A program made the translations under genes and the position numbers. A DNA stretch of 64,000 nt, from assembly GCA_012295275.1 (NCBI GenBank), contig CM022677.1, forward strand, positions 15,562,001 through 15,626,000, read 5' to 3'. The notes beneath the pieces were generated by a model. The model did not search any database, was not told where the DNA came from, and saw nothing but the letters and a program-made list of their open reading frames with translations. Source of the stretch: Chrysomallon squamiferum (taxonomy: Eukaryota; Animalia; Mollusca). Below, one piece after another: positions 26,324-36,040 of the stretch (the first letter of the stretch is position 1; every line of letters begins with the position of its first letter).

Positions 26324-26506
26324 TGGATGGGGTTTCATCAGCTTGGGCAAGACAAAGTTTACACACCTGTCAGTCAAACTGTTGCAGAACTGTGACATTA
26401 GTAAGAACATGTACAAGCCCAACACCAGCTAATGGTGGAAGTCAGTGTAGTGGAGATAGACAAACTACAACCACTGAAAGCTGTACCAGTGCACTGTGTG
26501 ATAGAG
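26324..26506 (+). CDS. Thrombospondin type-1 repeat (TSP1/TSR) exon, open, phase 1-1
   Basis: Poly-T + TAG acceptor, GTAAGC donor, 183 bp. Translation (V)DGVSSAWARQSLHTCQSNCCRTVTLVRTCTSPTPANGGSQCSGDRQTTTTESCTSALCDR has the RTCTxPxPxxGGxxCxG motif. The first conserved Trp is lost, so it may be a pseudo-exon. Confidence 0.8.
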
Positions 26507-27068
26507 GTAAGCTTCTGACAATTGTGGTGTGCATGTTGGTGCACACAGTTGCATACATACACACATAAGCACATAAATGTATTTCTTTTATTTCTTTTTT
26601 ATTTGTTTAAATATTATTACAAGCATTATTACAGATTTTAAAAATTAACTTTGTAATATGATTTTAAATAATTACATATATTTATCTTGTCAAACACTTT
26701 ATGTTTGTTAAACAGTTTAAACAAATACTTTCAGGTATAAATACTTTTGATCAATAACCTGCCTTATAACGTAATCAGTGTAACATTAATTCATAGATAA
26801 TTTTGTATACCTCATCAATAACCTGCCTTATAATGTGATCTGTATAACATTAATTCATAGATAATTTTGTACACCTGATCAATAACCTGTCTTGAAATTG
26901 CATGGCACCACTCATGTATTGACAGCAGCAGACTATTCTGTACTGGCAGAACAACTGAAAAACTCAAAAAGCTTTGAGCAGGCAAGTTAATCTGTTATTC
27001 AATTTCTACATAAAAGAAAATCATTACTAGATTTCAAGCACAGTTAAAAAGTATTTAATTCACATCTT

Positions 27069-27108
<40 letters not shown>

Positions 27109-27399
27109 TTTCACGATTACAGTTGATGGTTTTTGGTCTGCATGGTCACTTCAGAGACTGCGTAGTTGTAGTGAAACATGGTAGAGGCACTAGAATAAGA
27201 TTTGAGATAAGAGCATGCACAAAGAATGGAGGCAAAGACTGAGGAACAGATGACACAGGAATCTTCAAGAAACATGTGAAACAAATGTCTTATGTCCTGG
27301 TAACAAGCAATAATTAAATCAAATATATTCATACTGTAATTTTCTTTTAAACAAATTATGTACAGACAGGAGGGCATGTTATTTCCTGTGGATCTGCTA

Positions 27400-28130
27400 C
27401 ACAGACTGGTATAAGGTTATTTAACAATCTAGCTGATTATCCTGATATATGTATAACATTATAGTATGTTTTCTTTTTTTGTGTGTGTGTGTTTTCTGTG
27501 GAAAGAGGTATATTAGAAAAATAGTTTTAGTTGCTTGTTTAAAAGGGTGTCACTTTATATTGCAGAAACAGGGTTTCTTTTTCATTATCTGTGTAGTTAG
27601 TTGCATTTTAAAATAAGTAAAACTAGTAAAAAAAACATGCTGTGTATGTTCTTAAATAAAATATTTCTTCTTCACTTTAGATTTGGTCATTAGTGACCAG
27701 CTTGAAGTAAGTGTTTATTAAATCAACAAAGATAATGCTATACTTTACCAGACCAGTTGATTTAATATTTTGTTAAGATGCTGTAAAGCTTCTTTTTACA
27801 ATGTAAATATACTGTCCTAGTTATCAATATTTTATTTAATTCCTATACACATCTTTCCTTTCCTAATACATAATTGTTGTTGCTAATTAACTTTCATCCT
27901 GAAGAACATCTCATCAGACTGATGAACATGCTGGACCCAAAAGGTGTTGATCCTTTTGTTGAAATGAACTTTTACAAGAAGATCATCAAAACATGGATTC
28001 TAGACCTTAACAATGTGAAAGTGTAATAACTTAATGAATCAAAAAACACACAAAAACACACACATTACACTCTTATCTTATATTATAGAATAATTAAACA
28101 ATAAACAGATACTTTGTATTTATTTCAATA
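27400..28130 (+). repeat. Inverted duplication of ~50210-50900 carrying two small exons of an unknown gene
   Basis: TTTAG|ATTTGG..CAGCTTGAA|GTAAGT, and an exon reading PEEHLIRL(M/K)NMLDPK(G/A)VDPFVE(M/E)NF(Y/H)KKIIKTWILD in both copies (27897-28022 +; ~50297-50422 -). Confidence 0.8.
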
Positions 28131-28664
28131 TTTCATTTACAGAATGTACAACTATTTGAATAATGTAAAATGTTACTTGCACTATATTTTATGTTTAGTT
28201 TATAAATGAATACTATATTTTGTTGTAGGATCCTAGACAACAGATTCAAGCTGCCTTATCCAGCACTTCAGTTGAAAATGTTGTAAGACCCATTTTTTTA
28301 ATTTTTTTATCCTGCTCATTTTATTTGAAGAATTAGAAATATATATTTTTTATTATTATTGTATTTATGTTATGTATTTATTTTATTATTATAATTTTAA
28401 TTTAAATTTTGATTTACTAATTAATTAATTTATTTATTTATTTATTTATAGTATTAATATTTTCAATCTCTTAACTGCATCTAGTTATTTTTCTACATTC
28501 TACTAATTAAAATTCTTTTATTTAATTCTTTATTATTATTATTATTGTTATTATTATTTTTTTACAAACTAGTTATAATTATTTTTATTATTATATTTCT
28601 TCTTCATGTTTCTTGTTATACATATATAATATATATTTATTTTCCTCTTTTGTTATTTCCACAG

Positions 28665-28849
28665 AACTGATCTGGGTTTCACATCATTGAAAAAGACACA
28701 GCAGTTGGCACCAACAACACCAGTACCACCATTAGACCTGAATCAAACTGACATCACCACACCAACCACTAAAAACTCAAACTCCTGTGCCAAGAAACAT
28801 CCAGACACACTAGAAAAGAAACCAGAAACACCACCACCCATTGCCAGAG
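28665..28849 (+). other. Candidate Thr/Pro-rich exon
   Basis: TTTCCACAG acceptor; open frame TDLGFTSLKKTQQLAPTTPVPPLDLNQTDITTPTTKNSNSCAKKHPDTLEKKPETPPPIAR; donor weak. Confidence 0.4.
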
Positions 28850-29859
28850 GTTTTTCAGTAAAAATAATGCAACACACTTTATACCTAGTCACATCCACTT
28901 AGTCAGATTTTAAAACCTTTAAAAAATATTCAGGTAAATATGTCTGTAAATATGTCTTAATCTATCTGTCTGTTTCTCTTTCTGTCTGCCTCCCTATTTA
29001 TTTATGTTATTTCTATCTCTCTCTGCTTTTTTGTTTGTATTACTTTCCTTAAAAATGTTCAGATAAATATGTTTGTCTTTCTGAGAATCTGTCTATATAC
29101 CTATGTCTGTACTTACTATACACTTATCTGTTTGTCCTTCTGTATCTCAGTCTGTGTCTATATATCATTTCTTATTTGTTCCTAATTAGCAAGTTTCTTT
29201 CCTTTTTCTTTCTTTTCATTATCATTTTTAACAATTATTGTCAAAGTTGTAATATTATTTGAACAAAGAAAATATTTTATATAATCTTTCTGTAAATTCT
29301 CTTTTGATAATTCTGAATATAAACAGCTTAAGAATCAGTTATTTAAATAATTCTAAATTTATTTATAGTGTTAATTTATAAAAATGCTCTTAAAACAAGT
29401 TTTAGTAGACAGTTGATCATTTTCATTTTATTTATTTGTATTTATTTATAAATCTTTCTATCTTTCTTCAGTGTATCTATCTAAAGTATGTATTTATCTG
29501 TCCTTTATTTATATATTTATTTATTTTCTTATTATTATTAATTTATTTAAAATATAATCATACTGAATTACATAATATTGGATATATAATATTTTTTTTA
29601 TTATTATTATTTTATTAAATATTACAACCTACTGAATAATTTAGTATTCTGTATTTTCATTAATTATTAACAGCTTTTTTTTTTTTTTTTTTTTTTTCTA
29701 GCTAGGTTTAGAATTTATGTTGGACCCCAGGCTTTCTGAGCTGTGTGTTTGGCAATGTGTTCTAACACAACAGTGATCTTCCTTAGCCTCACCAACAACA
29801 AAACAGACACTGAGAGTGCTGTGAGTAATCTTAATTATAACTGTTACAAAATCTTTTAT

Positions 29860-29908
29860 AATAATAATAATAGTAATTGTAATAACAATAATAATAACAA
29901 TAATAATA

Positions 29909-29953
<45 letters not shown>

Positions 29954-30022
29954 GTAATAACAATAATAATAATAACAATAATAATAATAATAGTGGAATA
30001 ATAATAATAATAATAATAATAC
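29860..30022. repeat. (AAT)n microsatellite
   Basis: Direct inspection. Similar runs at 12461-12520, 20130-20182, 24829-24868, 42240-42308 and 47960-48028. Confidence 0.95.
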
Positions 30023-30069
30023 CCAATAACAAGAAATTATTTTTATATTTATATATGAACAGTTAATGT

Positions 30070-30266
30070 TAGCTCGTGGACTAGACATCGTCTGAAATGT
30101 CGCTTCCATTACAATATCAAAAATCCGCTTTTAATTCTTATGCCTGCTAAAGAAGAGAGTCTGCATTTCTCACCGAAAATTGTTCTCTATCATGATTTTA
30201 TCAGTGATGCTGAAATTGAAGACATTAAAACAGTTTCTATGCCACTTTTAAAAACATCTGAAATCA
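30070..30266 (+). pseudogene. P4HA: Second P4H alpha fragment (inverted paralogue of ~14295-14480)
   Basis: RHRLKCRFHYNIKNPLLILMPAKEESLHFSPKIVLYHDFISDAEIEDIKTVSMPLLKTSEI matches the minus-strand copy. Confidence 0.9.
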
Positions 30267-30930
30267 GTTGTTATCAAAAGCATCTTTTGCAATTAATGTT
30301 AAAATTGGAGGCCATAACAGAGAAATAAATAAAAATAATAATAATAATAATAATAACCCACAAAATAACGCAGTCATCAATGTTTATCCTGTGACAACTG
30401 ATAGACCATTAACATTTGTAATAAAAAAATATTCCAGTTTTATGTTACTTTAATCTTTAGAAATCTGCACTCTGGCTAAAACAGTATATCACGTTCGTCT
30501 CAACGAATCATGCGGTTTTGACAGCGTCCACTGTATTTATATTTATTGTTTATATTTTAGTTATTTATCACATTATTAATAGATACGGTATATTGATATT
30601 CCTGGAAGGTACCTACACATTTACATTTATTACTCATTATACAGCTATATACGACGTTTCGTTATCAGCGATTTTCTGTGGTGTGCAGTGACGTTACGAC
30701 ACCGAGAATCCCACAAACAGAAAAAAGAAAGAAACTACAGCTGAAGGGAGATTACTCTCATATAATTTTTTATTTCGGGGGGAGGCGGAATTTCTACTGT
30801 TATTTGCGGTATTTGTTATTTATGGGTTGTTTTTTTCAGTTAAATGTAGATTCTAAGAATCACTAAGAATTGATTTCTTTATATAGAATAGGTAGAATAT
30901 TACTTTCTTGAAATGTTTCCTTGCTTTTTT
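30267..30930 (+). repeat. Inverted copy of ~11385-11995 (downstream flank of the P4H pseudogene)
   Basis: TTTTGCAATTAATGTTAAA.TTGGAGGCCA, CAGCGATTTTCTGTGGTGTGCA and GCTGAAGGGAGATTACTCTCATAT match reverse complements at 11950-11980, 11617-11640 and 11543-11568. Confidence 0.88.
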
Positions 30931-31068
30931 CTTTATTCTTTATATACTTTGGAGTCCATATTTGTAATTTAGTTTGTAAAATATTTCGTCGTCTGCTTTT
31001 TGGAAAGTTTTCAAGGGCAGATAATCGAAAATGAATTATTAAACAATACGTTATAGAATCATGAGTGT

Positions 31069-31104
<36 letters not shown>

Positions 31105-32985
31105 TAATTTTGCTGAATTTTTATTGATCAATCAAAAGAGTAGTCAATTATATTTTGCTTTTCATTTAATTATTATGTAATTATATTTATCCCTTAACTT
31201 ATAACAACACAAAGAAAAAAAAAAAAAAAAAAAAAAAAAAAACAGGAGATTAAAATGACAACAAAATATCATTGATATCACTGATATGAAGGAAGTAACG
31301 AATTTTTATCTGAATAAAATTTGCTGGTATTTTAATTCATAATCTGTGGAAAATCTGAGATTCATTTCAGTTATTTGGCAAACAGAACACTGAATATCTC
31401 GTACAGTTTCAAACCAGTATACACATGTTTTATATCAAAATGATGATTTCTAAGTTTTACTATATTTTTAAGCATGATGCAGAAAGCAACAACTTTTAAT
31501 TAACTGCACTAAATAGCTCAGATGTACCTTACAGTTTAATTATTAATTTCCCAATTTAAGTAACTGTTAATTCATTTATTTCAGAAATTTGGCAGAGTAT
31601 AAACAGAAACACAACTGAGGAAAACCCTTTCAAGGAAGGAAATTAAGATCACAAAAATGTGTTTACCTTTGCAGCAGCATAGAGACAGTTTTACATAAGA
31701 TTTAGGTAAATTGATAAATGTCTTCCTTGTATTTGAATACTCTGCAAGTCTTTGAATCAATCATTGTAAAAGAGAGAAAACAGATTTCAATATTGCCTAA
31801 AATACTACAATGCCTCCACTTAATTTCATAATAAAATGTTTTTCTTTTTTCTTTTTTAGATCTCACTGTGTTGAAGACATAAGTCAACATGACAGATTTG
31901 AATTGTATCCAGTTTTAGTTCACGTTGTATTTTATACATCAGTCAAATAATGTGGAAAAATTCAGATTTTAGGAAAATAAATTTTGTTTCGTCTTCACTA
32001 AAGGAGATGACTGCTGCTTGTTCTCTCAATCATGATGCTGTTCGGAGACTACATTGTTACTTTAAATTCAAACTATAAAACTGTAATTTATCTGTATTTT
32101 TGTAATAATGAATAACAGCTGAAGGTTTCTAGTTTCAAGATTTATATCTGATTATCTACAAAATTTCTGACACTGTTTATTTTTTATGTATATATAATTA
32201 TTGTTCTCGAATAAGATGGCTGCCATCATGTGGCAATTCTGTATAACATTCTTCGAACATAAAATAAAACTGTAAATCCCTAAACACCGGCAATCACCCC
32301 GCGATCATTTCCGCAACAACTATACCCAAAAAAAATACAATGCAAATAAAACAAATAAAGGAATATAATAACCTTTATTACAATATACGTACCAATTATA
32401 AATCGATATGGTTCTTTTGTCAAATAAACGGTGTTGTTATTTCCGCCTCCCTAATTTTTCTTTCTTCTTCTTAATTTATTTATGTTAATACACCAAATAA
32501 AATCACAAAGTGTAGAACTCATTTTAAACTGTGTAGTCTGGGTAAGGTGTCTCATATGTGAAAACTGGGCGTGCGTTAAAACAACAAATAATCCTGGCGT
32601 GTTGAAATGTTAAATAAAAACATATGAAAGTAAATATGTTTTAATATATTTGCGAAATTTCAATTGTACTGTTGTAACATTTCTTTTGATTATTAATATT
32701 AATGTGTGTGCGTGTCCGTTTAAAACTGTATTAAAAAGTGGTTAAAGTGAATCAAGAAAACGTGACACAATGTAATGAAATAATGAGTCAAGACAAACAC
32801 ATTAATGTTGTTAGGATATGAAATGACTAAATACATGAAGATTAACAATGAAAAAATATTTTATTACAGCATATTTCTATTGTGTTAGCGTCTGTAAAGA
32901 TAAAAAGGAGTAAAGGAGGTGACTAGGGAAATGTTTCTCCACCTCAGTGTGGTCAGTAACTAGTATATCTGACAAAAATATTATA

Positions 32986-33333
32986 ATGAAAGATAACGAA
33001 CAACAGAAAGAAGAAGAGGAAGAAGAAGAACGTTACTTATACATATTAATCGTTTTAATGCACAAAGGAAAACGTGTATTGGATAAAAAGGAAGTTACTC
33101 GTCTTTGGGCAATAGCATAATCTAAAGTATTAAATATATTACAACAGTTAAATGTGTCTAGGGATCAAGCTCAAGAAATCTGGTTACAGATTCGACGTAG
33201 ATATCCAGATTTGCAAATACCGAATTCAGAGTTCTATTCGGCAACACATAATCTTTGGCAAGAATATAACAATACTGAAGATTCGAACGAAGAGGACACT
33301 TTTGATTCGCCTTTATTCTCAGAAGACAACTGA
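32986..33333 (+). pseudogene. Acidic 116-codon ORF of the viral island, one in-frame stop
   Basis: MKDNEQQKEEEEEEERYLYILIVLMHKGKRVLDKKEVTRLWAIA*SKVLNILQQLNVSRDQAQEIWLQIRRRYPDLQIPNSEFYSATHNLWQEYNNTEDSNEEDTFDSPLFSEDN*. It ends 18 nt before the capsid-like ATG. Confidence 0.55.
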
Positions 33334-33351
33334 AGACAAACAAAAGAAACA

Positions 33352-35024
33352 ATGAAAAGGCACAAAGAAGAACCAATAAACCCACCACCAAATAAGAAAC
33401 GTAAAGAAAATCCAGTTATCTACAACAGTATCTGAAGATGTTGTAGAAAACACTAGAGCGAAAGGAACGTATCTACAACCAGAAGAAAGTGTGATGGATC
33501 CTGATTCGGTCACAGGAAACGAAGTCACTCCAACTGTGCAAGGAGCACCTATGTTCTCTATCACAGATTTGGAGGAACAACAACAGCGGCTAATCCTAAG
33601 TATATCAAAGTAAAAAGAACATTTAAACGTAAATTTACTAGAGTTTAAATTTTACTAAATTAAGAAAAGCAGAAATGAATATTCTGTATAACGGCGTAGA
33701 TCAAATAGGTTGGCCCAATGCTATTGGAGATCCATCCGTATGTAAATTTACTTTTAATCATGGTGGTCATATAATACCTTATTGGTATAAACAAGCTAGT
33801 ACTAAACCTGAAGATTGGAATTTACAAGATGAATTTGTAGGTTATAGTATTAAAAAGTTTGGATTCAATATTAATAATGATTCATGTTTTAAACAATAAT
33901 AAGGCTGATCCTAATGAAGTTCCTGCTATGGCTCCACCAAATGCTAGAGTGTGGACTTTTACTGATACCAACAAAAAATACAGGTGATTATAGTCATAAT
34001 AATTTATTTAGAGATGAAGAATGTATGGATCAAACCGATGAGCGAAGTATCAAGGTACAACCTGATAGAAATATTTATTTGCCACGTAATATAGGAATGC
34101 AGGTTTAAAATAATGCTTGGACACTGATTGGTGATAATATAAAAATGTACATAACTGACACCTAATTATATTTATGATTTAAAAAAACATGACGGTTACA
34201 TAGAAACTGTAATTAGTGCAGGAGGGTTTGCCTTAGATTATGAATGTAAAGATGCTCCTCTAGTATTATTTCAGTCAAGTTGCTGGTAACGTAAATTGGA
34301 GTAATTATCAATTTAGTAATGAAAGTGCAAAATATTTTGAAGTGTGGCCAACGGATGAAATAACAGTAACTGATACCACTCAACATCCAATGGGAAAAGC
34401 TATGACAGGTTATTTTAATCATCAGAATCAAAATGTTGATTATAAAGCATGTTTTCAGAATTTAGTTAGGTGAACCAGCAATGGCAAATGATAGTATCAA
34501 AATAAATTGATAAAAAAAGGTGTGACAGCAAATGATACAAGTGATCAAAATGTCAAAACAGAAATGGACGGAAGTCATCGTAGAACATATGACTGTAACA
34601 GACCACCAATGTTTTTAATAAGTATTTATCCGGATGTTGAAAGAACAACTAATTATCACGCTAATCTTCAAATAACGCATTATAGTGAAGTAGAGTTCAT
34701 AGTTAGGACTGGTATGTGTCCTAAATACATTCCTATTGGACTTGGTGGTTGCCCTGGTGTTATGAGAGGAATGTTTATACTGTGGTTGCTGGTAAAAAAG
34801 ATAATATAAAACATACAGAACAAGAACATTTTTTATCTGAAAAGTCTAAACAATATTTCGAGAGAATTAAAAAATCTTGGCAACTACGAACAGACGCTCC
34901 AATATGGGATAATTGGAATAGAAGAAAACCTAGTCGGCGGTTGTTTTGGCCTATACATGGTGTTTATGTTGATAGGACTGTACCTGTCGTTGGAAATGAA
35001 AATGATTGGAAATATCCTTTATAA
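33352..35024 (+). pseudogene. Parvovirus-like capsid (VP) gene with multiple frameshifts and stops
   Basis: Stitched frames: MKRHKEEPINPPPNKKRK (NLS-like) ... RFGGTTTAANPKYIKVKRTFKRKFTR ... FNHGGHIIPYWYKQASTKPEDWNLQDEFVGYSIKKFGFNINN ... APPNARVWTFTDTNKKY ... YIYDLKKHDGYIETVISAGGFALDY ... RPPMFLISIYPDVERTTNYHANLQITHYSEVEF. Order and spacing recall the jelly-roll strands of invertebrate and hamaparvovirus capsids. Recognised by eye only. Confidence 0.6.
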
Positions 35025-35264
35025 ATTTCATTAAAATTAATTTTATTAATAACTATATTGTTATTTAATACAAAATTAATTTATTATATATTACATAAAA
35101 TAAGGTTTAAACGAAGAGCTTAGTTTTGGACAATATTTAATTCTTCATTATTATTACTTTTTAAATTGAATAAAATGTATTCTGTTTTTATTTATGTATT
35201 TATTTATTTATTATTATTATTATTGATAAAGCAAAATGTAATTTTAGTGATGAGCTCATCTATA

Positions 35265-35390
35265 TTTAGTCGACGTCAGAAAGTCGAAGCCGATTGGTCA
35301 ATTTGAATATTACGTCATTGGCAACAAGGCAACTAGCAACTAGACAATTAGCAACAAAAGTCAGCTGCAGTTGTGTTTATAAAGCGAACA
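35265..35390 (+). promoter_or_regulatory. Compact promoter in the viral island
   Basis: GACGTCA and TTACGTCA (CRE/ATF-like), two ATTGG, four (G/A)GCAAC repeats, CAGCTG, then TATAAAG at ~35378, about 28 nt before the ATG at 35406. Confidence 0.5.
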
Positions 35391-35405
35391 CAAAAAAAAA
35401 AAAAA

Positions 35406-35525
35406 ATGAAGTGGTTATCTTGGTGCTGCCCGTGTGTCAAGCGTCGAAGACATAAAAGAAAATTCAGAAAAATGATTGAGGCTAAACAAGAAGTGCTAAG
35501 TGGTATTAACTATGAATTCAAATAG
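35406..35525 (+). CDS. 39-aa basic, Cys-containing small ORF (viral island)
   Basis: MKWLSWCCPCVKRRRHKRKFRKMIEAKQEVLSGINYEFK*, directly after the TATA box. Confidence 0.4.
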   Translation: MKWLSWCCPCVKRRRHKRKFRKMIEAKQEVLSGINYEFK

Positions 35526-35735
35526 ATGGTAATTTACAAGTATAAATAGGCAGACAAGTATGTCAGGTGACTAATTACAAATATCGCCCGTTTCTACAAT
35601 GTCAAAAGATAATATATGTGTTAAACGTACATTATATAACTGTAATCACAAATAATAAAATAATAATCTAAACCCAAAAATAACAAACAATAACATATTA
35701 ATATAAAACTTTATCTAATTGTTTACTATTTGCAG

Positions 35736-36040
35736 ATATTATTTTGGAGGACCTGGAGGAAACCGTGATTGAGTTGAATTTGGTATCGGACGCGTACACT
35801 AGCGAGGTGGAGAAACTGTTAACACTCTGGGAATACCGCATCGGGGAATACCATCTGAATATTGCTGAATGCATGGACCATCCAAAGTTTAATCTGTTTA
35901 AATAATTTGATTTGTTCTGGCGAAGCAACGAAGATATGCGAGCTGAGCTATACGCACTTCGAAAGCCGCCAAAACGCTACTACGAGCTTCTCAGAAAGAA
36001 CAAAGAGTTGTGCAATATTCTCACAGATTTATTGTATTAG
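35736..36040 (+). pseudogene. ~100-codon spliced-type ORF of the viral island, one internal stop
   Basis: CTAAT branch + TTTGCAG acceptor (35735). (D)IILEDLEETVIELNLVSDAYTSEVEKLLTLWEYRIGEYHLNIAECMDHPKFNLFK*FDLFWRSNEDMRAELYALRKPPKRYYELLRKNKELCNILTDLLY*, with TAA at 35903-35905. Confidence 0.5.

Noticed and set aside
29743-30109. Poly-Asn / poly-Tyr ORFs
   Set aside because: Translation of an (AAT)n microsatellite.
33158-33564. Minus-strand hydrophobic ORFs suggesting an ambisense viral genome
   Set aside because: They are antisense to purine-rich + frames that give more protein-like sequence; no NS1/Rep motifs (HUH, Walker A) were found on either strand.
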